A model generated the notes under the pieces. The model did no database searches. It was not told the DNA's origin and was given only the letters and a program-made list of their open reading frames with translations. The translations under genes were made by a program, and so were the position numbers. From a virus (lineage: Duplodnaviria > Caudoviricetes), in IMG/VR virus record IMGVR_UViG_3300042269_000666, positions 1 to 64,000 of that record: 64,000 nucleotides of DNA; one strand, given 5' to 3'. Positions 30,406 through 40,436 of this stretch are shown here, piece after piece (the first letter of the stretch is position 1; each line of letters starts with the position of its first letter).

Positions 30406-31713
30406 ATGGCAAGGGTAACAAAAGGCAGAATTTACCTGCGCGGTAAATCAAAAAATTATTTCGCTGAATACACAATCAATGGTAAAACGACTCGGCGCTT
30501 ACTCCGTGATAATGACGGCAACCCTACAACTAGCAAAGCAACCGCAAACAAACTCTTGCATGATTTACTAAATCCGCTGGCTTTAAAGGAAAAGCAAGAG
30601 ACTGTACAGCAAATTGCACATAGCTTAGATGATTTAACAAAGCGTATTGAAAAAGCTGAAAAGGATTTAGAGCCAGTATTAAAACTGAGTGATGCATGGA
30701 GTGCTTACGAGTCTGCGTCAAACAGGCCAGATAGCGGAGAGCGTACCATGCAAGATTACGGCTTATATTATTCTGCCTTTTTTAAATGGGTTAAAAATAA
30801 TTATTCTGACTTAGCTTATTTGAAAGACATTACTGCAGATATAGCCAGCAAATACGCGACCAGTATAATTGAGGCAGGGAAATCTCCAGGAACATTTAAT
30901 AAGCATATTGGATTTTTAAGGCTCCTTTTTGACACACTGGAAGAAACAGCCAAAATTATTAAAAATCCTTTTGCGAAAATAAAGCGCAGAAAGCTAAAAA
31001 CGCAGTCAAGGCGAGAATTAACGATAGAGGAACTCTACAATATACTACAAGCTGCAACCGGTGATTTAACTTTATTATTAAGCTTAGGTACTTTTACTGG
31101 CTTACGTCTTGGTGATTGCTGTACCTTGAAATGGTCAGAGGTTGATCTGGTCAGGCGCGTGATCCGGCGCGTTCCCAATAAAACAGCAAGCAGGAGTACT
31201 TCAAAACCTGTGGTTATTGGATTGCCAAGTGCTCTGTATAATCAGTTGGCAGAGATACCAGCGGAAAAGCGTAATGGCTATATAATACCGGAATATGCTG
31301 AACTGTACAAGTCTCTTTCTACGCGTCCAAGGATAACAAGGCGTATTCAACGACATTTTGAAAATTGTGGTATACAATGTCATCGTGAGGGAACCGGACC
31401 GGGAACAGGCAAACGTGCGGTTGTAGAAGTCGGATTTCACAGTTTGCGGCATACATACGTTTCCCTACATGCTGAACGTGGAACACCAGCTGCCATTATT
31501 CAAGGGAACGTCGGTCACGGCAGTCCAGCAATGACGGCACATTATACCCACATTTCAGATAAAGCAGCAGTCAAGGTTGCAAAAGTACTGGATTTTAATG
31601 AATCAAATATTAAGACAAACCAGGAACGCCTGAAACTTCAAGAATTGATCGAGTCCGTACCTGATGACAAGATAAAGGATATAATTGATTTTATCACAAA
31701 GCAGGTGCAGTAA
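30406..31713 (+). CDS. int: Tyrosine recombinase / phage integrase
   Basis: TGLR, HSLRH, GH, HY catalytic residues. Confidence 0.95.
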   Translation: MARVTKGRIYLRGKSKNYFAEYTINGKTTRRLLRDNDGNPTTSKATANKLLHDLLNPLALKEKQETVQQIAHSLDDLTKRIEKAEKDLEPVLKLSDAWSAYESASNRPDSGERTMQDYGLYYSAFFKWVKNNYSDLAYLKDITADIASKYATSIIEAGKSPGTFNKHIGFLRLLFDTLEETAKIIKNPFAKIKRRKLKTQSRRELTIEELYNILQAATGDLTLLLSLGTFTGLRLGDCCTLKWSEVDLVRRVIRRVPNKTASRSTSKPVVIGLPSALYNQLAEIPAEKRNGYIIPEYAELYKSLSTRPRITRRIQRHFENCGIQCHREGTGPGTGKRAVVEVGFHSLRHTYVSLHAERGTPAAIIQGNVGHGSPAMTAHYTHISDKAAVKVAKVLDFNESNIKTNQERLKLQELIESVPDDKIKDIIDFITKQVQ

Positions 31714-31719
31714 GGTAAC

Positions 31720-32097
31720 TTATTTTTTTGCCAAAAGAGCCGCCAAAGCTTCTTCAAAAATGTGTCCGTGCAGGTATGCAAGAGCTTCATGATTGTCAAA
31801 GGTTATTTGTATATTGCATACCTGCAATATTCGCATTGCAATATGTAAGCACTCATGAGACAGTGTACCCATATTAGAAATAGAATGATTGTATTCAGGC
31901 ATCCAAATAAAACCTAAACATTCAGCTGTTTTGGCTTCTTCTAACAATTCGCTATATCCGGCATAAAAACACTGTTTTGACGGAGGCAGTTGAAACACTC
32001 TTTTGCGATATGCCTCACATTCTTTATAACTGCCTATAAATATTGTTACAGGAATATTATAGGTATTGTTTTCTAAGATTTTATAGACTTTTTTCAT
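31720..32097 (-). CDS. Hypothetical protein with HExxH metalloprotease-like motif
   Basis: SHECLH...HEALAY. Confidence 0.55.
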   Translation of the reverse strand: MKKVYKILENNTYNIPVTIFIGSYKECEAYRKRVFQLPPSKQCFYAGYSELLEEAKTAECLGFIWMPEYNHSISNMGTLSHECLHIAMRILQVCNIQITFDNHEALAYLHGHIFEEALAALLAKK

Positions 32098-33503
32098 GAT
32101 ACTGTGATAGTCCGTTTTAAGAATGTATAACGTTTACGGCTCATGATAAAGCCACCTGAGATTGCATCTACAAAGTCATCATGCGCACCACTGGGGAATT
32201 CCCTTAACTGCTCTAAGGCTGCTTTATTCCACCAGGCGCGTTCCATGAAAACATTACCGACTTCAAATAAAGGCTCCATTTCTCCGGCACGTGATACTTT
32301 ATCAGAACTTACAGTGACCTTATCAACTATACGCCGTCCCTCTAAGATGCTTTTTAAAATCGTATAGGTGTCTTTATACCCTCCGGCACTTTCCACCCCT
32401 ATACGGACGCTGGAACCGTCTCTATCGGTAGTTTTCAAAATAAGATTATTACGCTCCAAGGCTTCTTTTTGACAAAATGCCAAATCTTTGATGAATAGTT
32501 GCCAGAGGTTATTTTTACGCCTGACTCCAACCAACGCCCCAGCCGTAAAGTCAGGATCAGCTTTAGCGCGTTCTTTTTCTCCTGAGGCCAAGTCCCAAAA
32601 GCGGTAATAGCGGATATCTGATGGACATTTATCAATGATATTTACGTTATCAACCTTAAGCATGTTCCCTCCGCGCAAGACAGGCTCACACTGCAACAGT
32701 GCCGCACTTTGATAACTGCCCAATGTAGCAAACTGCTTTTCATACCATTCGGCAGAAAAGCGTTCTGGGAAAAGATAATTACCATTAATATCACGCGCCG
32801 GAAAGCTCATAATTTCGTATTTGGGAAAGTCCGGGTTATAATCCTCGCTATTTTTGTCATTACGGTTTTTTATTCTGCCGATAATATCATCTCTATGCCA
32901 TGGAGTAGCCAGTATTATGACAATATGCACTGGGGCAAGGCGTGTAATCAAATTGCCTCTGAAATTATCCCATTGCTTATTGCGCTCTGTCTCTGATTCG
33001 GCAATTGAGCGTCCACGCAGATAGTCATCTATAATTAAAACATCAGCGCCTTTACCAGTAGCACCTGCAGAGATTGTACACGACTGGAATTTTCCGTAAT
33101 GCTTTCTTATTCCCCAGGTAGAAACAGACGCTGATTCACTTGATATTTTTAAACTAGGAAAAACTTGACTGTATTCCGGAGACTTAAATACATTACGGGC
33201 ATCACGGCTCATAGCTTGAGATAATTCTTCTCCGTATGTGCTCAGGATAATTTCAGATTCAGGATTATGACCAAGGAAAAATGGAGGAAAATGACGGGAA
33301 ATGATTTCTGATTTACCATGCCGGAACGGAACCGTACAAATCAGGTAAGTAGATTTGCCGTTCTTATAGTCATACATTGCCCTGTCAAGCCGTGTGGTAA
33401 TGGCGCTAGTATGCCGCCCGACAATCAAAGGCCGGGAGTCCTGACGGACTGCTTTCATGAATTCAAGCATCCGGAATTTAGCAAGCAGTTTTTTCTTCAT
33501 CAC
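32094..33503 (-). CDS. terL: Terminase large subunit
   Basis: PFRHGKSE Walker A-like, LIIDDY Walker B, FWDLA and HDDFVDA nuclease motifs. Confidence 0.92.
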   Translation of the reverse strand: MMKKKLLAKFRMLEFMKAVRQDSRPLIVGRHTSAITTRLDRAMYDYKNGKSTYLICTVPFRHGKSEIISRHFPPFFLGHNPESEIILSTYGEELSQAMSRDARNVFKSPEYSQVFPSLKISSESASVSTWGIRKHYGKFQSCTISAGATGKGADVLIIDDYLRGRSIAESETERNKQWDNFRGNLITRLAPVHIVIILATPWHRDDIIGRIKNRNDKNSEDYNPDFPKYEIMSFPARDINGNYLFPERFSAEWYEKQFATLGSYQSAALLQCEPVLRGGNMLKVDNVNIIDKCPSDIRYYRFWDLASGEKERAKADPDFTAGALVGVRRKNNLWQLFIKDLAFCQKEALERNNLILKTTDRDGSSVRIGVESAGGYKDTYTILKSILEGRRIVDKVTVSSDKVSRAGEMEPLFEVGNVFMERAWWNKAALEQLREFPSGAHDDFVDAISGGFIMSRKRYTFLKRTITVS

Positions 33504-34180
33504 AAAGTTATCTTAAAATCAGGGGATTTGTCTTTTAATTCTTCTATTCGCTTTAAAGATGCCTGATATTCTTCTTCTGAATATTTAACCGGCATATGAA
33601 TTTCATCTGTAGAAAAGAGAGCATGGGTTGCTTTTTCAAGATCGTCCAGGCATTTGCCACCGTGCTGTGCTGCCGCATGCGCTAAAAAAAGTTCACTCCA
33701 CGCGTTGTATTTTCCGACTTGGTTTGCCAGCTTGAAAAGATTCAGCAAAATTGGAATAGGTTCCTGCATTAAAGCTTCAAACGTATAGCATGGAAATTTA
33801 TTAACGATTTTCGCCGTGATGAATTCAAAATTGATATTTCCTGATGCCCCGTCAGCAGAAGCTTTATCATCATGACGGATCACCCGTTTCGATATGCCAA
33901 AGAATAATTTTCCGGCAATATGTGCGGTGTCGCTGTAATCAAACAACAATAATTGTTTCCACTCTTTACTGGGCCATACTGTTTTGATTATTGCACGTAA
34001 ACGCTTACGACCTGCAGCCATGCTCTGCGGAGTTGGATTTTTCGCGACTTCGTCAAGAATATCAATATATTCATCATAGAACGTCGCAGGGAGCAAAGGT
34101 ACAAGAAACTCCCTGCGACGACGATCTATTACTTTGATAGACCGATTTTTTAAAAATGGAAAAAGTTTATTAAGCAGCAC
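33500..34180 (-). CDS. Probable tail assembly chaperone
   Basis: Position directly after tail tube gene; helical composition. Confidence 0.5.
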   Translation of the reverse strand: MLLNKLFPFLKNRSIKVIDRRRREFLVPLLPATFYDEYIDILDEVAKNPTPQSMAAGRKRLRAIIKTVWPSKEWKQLLLFDYSDTAHIAGKLFFGISKRVIRHDDKASADGASGNINFEFITAKIVNKFPCYTFEALMQEPIPILLNLFKLANQVGKYNAWSELFLAHAAAQHGGKCLDDLEKATHALFSTDEIHMPVKYSEEEYQASLKRIEELKDKSPDFKITL

Positions 34181-34658
34181 CGCTAGTCACCGCATAAAGT
34201 ACATCAGCATCAGCATTTGAGGTGTTCAGAACCGCCTCAAAAGTAATCTCGATACCATGATCTTTGGTGCCGTCAACGTCATAGGAAAAAGCTTTTTCTA
34301 CGACAGCGTTGTTTATGGTATGAATTCGATCTCCACCGATTTCAGACAATACCAATGGATGCTTTTCAGCTGCCGCCATTACATCGACACCAATTTCAGC
34401 ACCGGTAATTGATTTGCCGGCACCGAGCAACAATTCCAAAGCCGGAGTGATTTCTTTAAACTTAGCTTTGACGATCATTTTGATTTCAATGAGCTTTTTC
34501 GCTACAACGTTGCCTTTGGCCTGATTGCAGGTCACCTCGATATATTTATTTTCACGAGTGATATTTACCGCATCCTCAGTGCCGCCAAGCAGAACGTCAT
34601 TGTATTTGACCGAACAAGGCTTATCACAAAAATTCTCTACATTGTAACCATCGGGCAT
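34170..34658 (-). CDS. Probable major tail (tube) protein
   Basis: LGGTEDAVNITREN.YIEVTCNQ, ITFEA beta pattern; position. Confidence 0.7.
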   Translation of the reverse strand: MPDGYNVENFCDKPCSVKYNDVLLGGTEDAVNITRENKYIEVTCNQAKGNVVAKKLIEIKMIVKAKFKEITPALELLLGAGKSITGAEIGVDVMAAAEKHPLVLSEIGGDRIHTINNAVVEKAFSYDVDGTKDHGIEITFEAVLNTSNADADVLYAVTSGAA

Positions 34659-34720
34659 TTTATACCTCCATGTTTAAAAGTTTCAACTGCTTTACACCAT
34701 CTCTATATCAGTAAACGAAG

Positions 34721-34726
34721 TGTCAA
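34721..34726 (-). promoter_or_regulatory. TTGACA block-start motif ahead of tail tube gene
   Basis: TTGACA overlapping the upstream stop codon; one of nine similar sites. Confidence 0.45.
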
Positions 34727-35100
34727 CAAGTGAGAGTTTTCGCTTTTATTTTGAGGTTAGCGCTTACTCCTGTGACATCTTTGCCTTTGTGTGAAGTGGG
34801 ATAAGTAGCTATCGAGCCGATTTTCAGGATAGTCAAATTCTGTGAATAATACGGCAGGGACGCGTTTATTTTCGCGGCAATTCTCAAAGCATCGTCCCGG
34901 TCTTTGTACCGTCCCAGTATTTGTACCGTCAGGATTGGGATTGACGGGAAATTGTCAGGATCACAGGACTCTATGTGTATGCCGACCGCGTCGACTACTT
35001 TAGCGTTCAGGATTCCGCGAAATATGGTTTTATCAACGGTCATCTCAAGCTTTTCAGCAAAGTAACCTATCAATGCATGCTCTAAATCAATAATAGTCAT
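34723..35100 (-). CDS. Probable tail terminator protein
   Basis: Size and TVQILGR..D..ALRIA pattern; precedes tube gene. Confidence 0.6.
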   Translation of the reverse strand: MTIIDLEHALIGYFAEKLEMTVDKTIFRGILNAKVVDAVGIHIESCDPDNFPSIPILTVQILGRYKDRDDALRIAAKINASLPYYSQNLTILKIGSIATYPTSHKGKDVTGVSANLKIKAKTLTC

Positions 35101-35108
35101 GAAACTGT

Positions 35109-35170
35109 ACTCCTTTTGATAATGATGTTTCTTGTCAATATTGACAAACCCTGCTTATCTCAAAAGGAGC
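35109..35170. promoter_or_regulatory. Divergent pair of TTGACA-N15-AAAAGGAG motifs forming palindrome TTGTCAATATTGACAA
   Basis: 35133-35138 (-) and 35141-35146 (+), each 15 nt before AAAAGGAG. Confidence 0.65.
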
Positions 35171-35176
35171 TTTTTT

Positions 35177-37897
35177 ATGTCTGACGGTTTGGACTTAGGT
35201 AGAATCGGTTACGAAACTTATATAAACGATAAGCAGTATGAAAAGACACTACGCAAGATGGAGAATGATGCCGAACGTTCCGGCAAAAGTATAATGAAAT
35301 CGCTTTTCGGTGCGTTGAGTATTTATTCCGGCTATCGTTTCTTCAAGGGATTGGTGCAGTCTGCTTCTGATCTTATAGAAGCAGAAAACAAATTCAGGGT
35401 GGTATTCCAATCAATAGGTGATTCAGCAGAAAAAGCAAGGAAGCGACTGCAAAAGGCTTTCGGGCGTTCAAAACTGGAATCTGCGGAATTACTTGGAAAT
35501 GCAGGCGATATTTTAACTGGCCTTGGATTTAGTGCTGAAGCCGCATTGAAAATGTCATCTCAAGCTGCAGAGCTGTCAATTGATTTAACATCTTTGCAGA
35601 ATTATAAAGGCGGCGCCAAAGGTGCTATGGAAGCAATGACTGCTCTGATGGTAGGAGAAACTGAACGGGCTAAAGCATTAGGTATACTTGTTCGTCAGGA
35701 ATCTGCGGAATTCAAAAATTTAGTCAAGCATTATATGGAAGTTGAAAAGATGACCTTAGAGCAGGCTAAAGCACAAGCCGCTTTAGATATTGCTATCAAA
35801 CAATCAAAAAATGCTATCGGCGATTACGCGAGAACAGCGGAAGAATTTGCCAACTCTTCACGCCGTGCAGGTGAACGAATACAGGATATTGCCTCAAAAC
35901 TGGGAAAGAACCTCATTCCTTTGGCTTCAAAGATAATCCGGTTGATCTCATGGGGGACTGATGTGCTTGGAGATATGAACGGGACACTGGTAAGCTCTAC
36001 AGCATACTTCGGCATATGGATTGCCAGTATGTACGGATTGGAAAAAGTATTCGGCATAATGGGGAAAATTAAAAATGCCGTCAATGAGGCAGCTGTTAAT
36101 GCCGGTTATATGTCTGCGGAAGCTTTAGCCGCAAAGCAGGCAGAGGAATTAAAGGTTGCAGAAAACCTCAAATCAAACGCTATTCGTCGTGCCCAGAATA
36201 AGAAAAGGGCTCTTGATGAAGCCGTTAACTACAAGATGGAAGCAAAGACCGCTTTTAAAGCTGAACGCCAGAAATACGCGGAAGCCAAAAAAGCCGGAAC
36301 TGCAACCTTGGAGCAAAAAGAAAAACTTAAGAATGCGGCTGGCAAATACCGTCAGAGCCTGGCTAGTCTGACCCGTGCAGAAAGGCAATACCGACGCGCC
36401 CAGATAGCGGCAAATATTACTTCTGCCCGTGCAAGCGCAACGCTCAACAGAAATACAATAGCTACAAAAGTTAACGCAACCGCAAAATATGCTCTTGGAC
36501 GTGCCGTTTTATTTACCAAAGCCTGTTTTAAATCTTTGTGGGCCGCAATTGTCGCTAATCCGATTGGGGCGATACTGGCTGTGCTGGGATTGGCTATTTC
36601 CGCAATGAATGCCTGGGGAGATAGCATAAGGCAAACAGCCGCAGAACAAATAGAATTAGCAAAGAACGCCTCTGAGCTTGCAGATAAAAGGCTGGATTCA
36701 GGCAACAAACAACGCTTGGCTGACTTGGATAGTCTTGACAGGCTCAAGCGACTGGCAACCGCAGAACGCCTGAGTAATGATGAGAAAGCAGAAGCGAAAG
36801 AGCTTATTGATGATCTATCAAAACGCTACGGTGATCTTGGAATATCAATTGACAAGACTACAGGAAAATTGAACATTCAGGCCGGGGCATTTGATAAGAT
36901 CAATAAAAAAATGCTTGCTCAGGCTCAAGCTCAACGCAAAGCCGTCATTAAAAAGAAGATGGCTGAAATTGAAGCCCTGAAAGCGGAAAATAAAGCATTG
37001 GGAAGCTGGGGCGCTCAAGGCTTCTTCTGGATGAATTCAGAATCAAATAAAGCCAAGCAGGATGCCAACGCCAAAAGAATTAATGCCCTTTGGGATGAAG
37101 TCGGGGCAATGAAAATGGCTGTCAGAAATGCGACTGCTGTTGATAAAGAAAATGATCAGGAAAGGAAAAATAAAGTAAGACAAGCTAAAAATGCAGCAAC
37201 CAAGAAAAAATATAAAGAATATGAGGAGCAAGAAGCTGAATGGAGAAACAACCGTTTAAGCGACTATGAACGAGAGCTGAAAGCAATAAATGAAATTGTT
37301 GATGCTCAAAAAATGCGTGCGCAAGAACTTTATAGATTGAAAGAATTATCAAAAGAAGACCTTGAAGCCTCTTTAAAACTGGCAGAATCAGAACGTAAAC
37401 GCCTGACTGATAAGCTGAATGCCGAACGCCAAGCGGAAGAAGCCCGTAAACAGGCTCAGAGAGCGGAGTTATCCCGGGACCTTGAGTATAATCGATTAAA
37501 AGCCCAATTCCTTGCAGACGGCAAGCTTGACAGGCAGGAAAATATTTCACTGGCAGAAAAAGAGGTTGAACTACAGAAACAGCGTGTAGCGGAAGCCAAA
37601 AAGGCAGCGGAACAGGCAAAAGCCGAGAATAAGGCACAAACTGAAAATGCTTTGGCTCAAGCTCAGATAGAACTTGGTGAAAAAATGCGTGATCTTAAAG
37701 CCTTGACTGATGCCCCGTTAAAAGCACGGCGAAGCATATCTCAAACTGGCGGTTTTCTGGCAACAAGAGTTTCTCTGATCGGCAATCAAGACCCGGCAAA
37801 AGAAACAGCCAAGAACACCAAAGACATCGTAAAACATGTTAAGAAAACCGAGCAGAATACTAAAAAGATAGCTGAAAAGACTTTGACGTTTGATTAA
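35177..37897 (+). CDS. Tail tape measure protein of prophage 2 (inverted relative to neighbours)
   Basis: Long Ala/Lys helical protein; C-terminus AKETAKNTKDI..TLTFD resembles prophage 1 AERTATATEDI..ELAFE; start set at ATG after AGGAG. Confidence 0.88.
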   Translation: MSDGLDLGRIGYETYINDKQYEKTLRKMENDAERSGKSIMKSLFGALSIYSGYRFFKGLVQSASDLIEAENKFRVVFQSIGDSAEKARKRLQKAFGRSKLESAELLGNAGDILTGLGFSAEAALKMSSQAAELSIDLTSLQNYKGGAKGAMEAMTALMVGETERAKALGILVRQESAEFKNLVKHYMEVEKMTLEQAKAQAALDIAIKQSKNAIGDYARTAEEFANSSRRAGERIQDIASKLGKNLIPLASKIIRLISWGTDVLGDMNGTLVSSTAYFGIWIASMYGLEKVFGIMGKIKNAVNEAAVNAGYMSAEALAAKQAEELKVAENLKSNAIRRAQNKKRALDEAVNYKMEAKTAFKAERQKYAEAKKAGTATLEQKEKLKNAAGKYRQSLASLTRAERQYRRAQIAANITSARASATLNRNTIATKVNATAKYALGRAVLFTKACFKSLWAAIVANPIGAILAVLGLAISAMNAWGDSIRQTAAEQIELAKNASELADKRLDSGNKQRLADLDSLDRLKRLATAERLSNDEKAEAKELIDDLSKRYGDLGISIDKTTGKLNIQAGAFDKINKKMLAQAQAQRKAVIKKKMAEIEALKAENKALGSWGAQGFFWMNSESNKAKQDANAKRINALWDEVGAMKMAVRNATAVDKENDQERKNKVRQAKNAATKKKYKEYEEQEAEWRNNRLSDYERELKAINEIVDAQKMRAQELYRLKELSKEDLEASLKLAESERKRLTDKLNAERQAEEARKQAQRAELSRDLEYNRLKAQFLADGKLDRQENISLAEKEVELQKQRVAEAKKAAEQAKAENKAQTENALAQAQIELGEKMRDLKALTDAPLKARRSISQTGGFLATRVSLIGNQDPAKETAKNTKDIVKHVKKTEQNTKKIAEKTLTFD

Positions 37898-38172
37898 TCA
37901 ATAGAGGTGAAATACGGGCAGGTTTCTTCGCCTGTCCAAATTTCATCTGATATATACTTGAATTTGGGGCAGGAACGATTCACGGGCTGGCGAATATCGC
38001 TATGCTTATAAAGCTTGCAGTCATAACACTGTTTGCAGGAATGACGGCTATCGTCTAAAGACATGCATTCTGCCCCGTCAATGATTTTTATTCTTCCTTT
38101 TATTTCCGGAAGATTTCGGATTGCTTCAAGGTTACGCTCCTGTTCTTCCTTGCTGACTTCATTTAACTTCAT
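37894..38172 (-). CDS. Small Cys-rich protein; candidate partner/immunity gene of upstream MuF-like protein
   Basis: CKQCYDC...CPKF...I.TG...CPY; overlaps upstream stop. Confidence 0.55.
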   Translation of the reverse strand: MKLNEVSKEEQERNLEAIRNLPEIKGRIKIIDGAECMSLDDSRHSCKQCYDCKLYKHSDIRQPVNRSCPKFKYISDEIWTGEETCPYFTSID

Positions 38173-39604
38173 ATTTAACACCTGAATTTTTCCATACTTT
38201 TTTATTAACATGATGCGCAATGGTAGCTTTGAATTTCTTGTATGGAACTTTGTTATTTAGGTATCTTTGCTGTAATTCGTTATAAGTATCATACCACTTG
38301 CCAAGCAAATTCGCAACATCTTTTGCTGATAAATATTGTTCCAGGCTAAGAGAATAGGTGTGCCTTGGCGAAACTATACGCAATTCTTTCGCTCCACTGC
38401 CCAGGAATGTAGCAATATCGTCCATTGAAAAACTGGCATCAACTGGATGATTATGGGTAACAATGTTATTTCTTGCAAAATTTGTCGGGATATTAGGCAC
38501 GGTATTAGTTGTACCCTGTTTAGCCCATACTAATTTGCCTGTTTCAGAATCAAAAATGCCGGCATGTTCAAAATTACCGTTTGCGATTTTTTCCTCAAAA
38601 TCTTTTTGATTATCCGGATAGGTTTCAAATTCCTGCTTGAACTTTTTCATCTTACGGGTTCTTGGAGATTTTAAAGAGCCTTTTTTACGGTATTCGCGCC
38701 ATGCTTCTTTATCATCTTTCTGCTCTTTGCCTTTGCTGTTCAGCCCATTATTAGGCCGTCCTTTTTCGTCAAAATCCTCTCCGGCAATCATCGGATCAAC
38801 AGCAACCATGCGGTGAGTGCAATTCGGGTGAAATAATCCTGATGATCGAGCCGATTCGATAGACGGATATTTGCCAGTACCGCTGATAGAGAGCAAACGC
38901 CCCTCCCAGACAGCACAGGCGGGGCAGGGGTTGCCGGACGTACTGATTGCCACAATATCGTTTTTCTCATCGCTACAGCCGTGCAAATAGGCTTCACGGG
39001 CGTTGTTGTGAAGCACTGTACGGCTTAACATTTCAAAATACGCGTCAGAGTTCCACTTCCTGCCGTCTTTTGCTATGAAAATGAATTTCTCGCCACCATT
39101 CTCATAGAACAGGCGTTTTGACACAGCTACTTGAGTTTCACCAGTCAAGGAAGATTCACGCATAACTCGTGCTGAAATACGCCGCAGGTTATTGATTGCA
39201 GCTGTGGACATCTGCTTTGTTGCCCCGGCAATGTGTGTGAAGTCATCTTCCAGCATGAGTTTCATTGTGTTTTTATTCAGGTTGCCGACTACTTCACTTG
39301 GATTTTCGGCAAGGTCAACGAGTGCTGAATGATAAAAGCTCTGAGCAACATAAGTAATTGCCGCTTTTGCGGTTTTCCGGTACTCCTGTTCAAAATCGGC
39401 GAACATGCCCTGCAGTTCCTCCATAAGCATAACCAGGCGTGGCCCAGTAAATGAAGAACGTTGCTGCAGGACATATTCTTTTATGCGATCCTCAACACGT
39501 TCACGTGCCGCAAGGTAAATTGCGTACATGTCTTTTTCCTTTGCGGAAAGTTCTGTGTAGCCTTTGCTGGCATGGCTGTTGAGGAAAGCACGAATCAGGT
39601 TCAT
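38159..39604 (-). CDS. Minor head morphogenesis protein (MuF/minor capsid 2-like) with C-terminal JAB-like domain
   Basis: CPACAVWEGR...LFHPNCTH; C-terminal THNHP.DASFSMDD. Confidence 0.78.
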   Translation of the reverse strand: MNLIRAFLNSHASKGYTELSAKEKDMYAIYLAARERVEDRIKEYVLQQRSSFTGPRLVMLMEELQGMFADFEQEYRKTAKAAITYVAQSFYHSALVDLAENPSEVVGNLNKNTMKLMLEDDFTHIAGATKQMSTAAINNLRRISARVMRESSLTGETQVAVSKRLFYENGGEKFIFIAKDGRKWNSDAYFEMLSRTVLHNNAREAYLHGCSDEKNDIVAISTSGNPCPACAVWEGRLLSISGTGKYPSIESARSSGLFHPNCTHRMVAVDPMIAGEDFDEKGRPNNGLNSKGKEQKDDKEAWREYRKKGSLKSPRTRKMKKFKQEFETYPDNQKDFEEKIANGNFEHAGIFDSETGKLVWAKQGTTNTVPNIPTNFARNNIVTHNHPVDASFSMDDIATFLGSGAKELRIVSPRHTYSLSLEQYLSAKDVANLLGKWYDTYNELQQRYLNNKVPYKKFKATIAHHVNKKVWKNSGVKYEVK

Positions 39605-39927
39605 ATTCCAATTACTCCAAGCGCGGCTTTAAAAGCAATGGATAAACCAGTAGTTACAGCATTCAGGAGCAGGTTTGAGACTTTCAGCGACAAGATGGCC
39701 TGATGGTCTACTGCAATAGCACGGTAATTGTCAAGGTTTGCCAAATGACGCTTTTTCTCATCTTCGTCATTAGTAGCAAGCATGGCTTTTACTTCGGTTT
39801 CAACTCCTTTGAGGCACTGTTGCAAGAATGGACGGTCTTCTTTTTTGACTTCTTCTATCATTTCAGAAACGTCTTTTTTGAGTGCTCCAACGTATTCATC
39901 CCAATATTGTCCAGCGGTCTTTTCCAT
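39601..39927 (-). CDS. Hypothetical protein
   Basis: GGAGG RBS before ATG 39927; ATGA overlap with next gene. Confidence 0.6.
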   Translation of the reverse strand: MEKTAGQYWDEYVGALKKDVSEMIEEVKKEDRPFLQQCLKGVETEVKAMLATNDEDEKKRHLANLDNYRAIAVDHQAILSLKVSNLLLNAVTTGLSIAFKAALGVIGI

Positions 39928-39928
39928 A

Positions 39929-40411
39929 TCAATCACCTCCAAATGGATTCCATGATTCAGCGTGTTCACGGGCTTTTGTAATTACCTTTCGACTTGCCTG
40001 ATAATTGAGAATGCGAGCAGTTTTGTCACCTTGGCTCATGGGGGTGCCGTCAGGATACTTACCAGCCTTTACGTATTCCTGATGTTCTTTCCCTGCAGTG
40101 TTCAAATACGCCTCATAGGAATCCACAAGGGAAGTATTTACGCAGCCAGTCAATAGAAGAAACATTAAACCAAGAAGAATAAAAGCCGTCACTTTTTTCA
40201 GCCCTAATTGTTTTTCCAGTTGCCGGAATTTTTCCCAACAGTCGCAATCATCTCTGCGAATTTTACAGACAGTATGATCTACCTTGTTTTTGTCGATGTT
40301 GGCAATCTTCCAAAGAATCGCCCATACTCCACTGATTAACGCAATCAGGATGGTTACAAAAAGCCCGATGATTGTCACAAATAAAAGCATCATGTCAATT
40401 GTTACATTCAT
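39929..40411 (-). CDS. Membrane protein with internal lipoprotein signal; holin/spanin-like
   Basis: N-terminal TM helix; internal KKVTAFILLGLMFLLLTG-C lipobox. Confidence 0.55.
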   Translation of the reverse strand: MNVTIDMMLLFVTIIGLFVTILIALISGVWAILWKIANIDKNKVDHTVCKIRRDDCDCWEKFRQLEKQLGLKKVTAFILLGLMFLLLTGCVNTSLVDSYEAYLNTAGKEHQEYVKAGKYPDGTPMSQGDKTARILNYQASRKVITKAREHAESWNPFGGD

Positions 40412-40436
40412 TTTTTTAAATCTCCTCAGTTAATTG

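Noticed and set aside
34141-34160. T TTA AAA slippery heptamer in the tail chaperone gene
   Set aside because: Lies about 10 codons from the start, too early to give G/GT products; the ORF is already continuous
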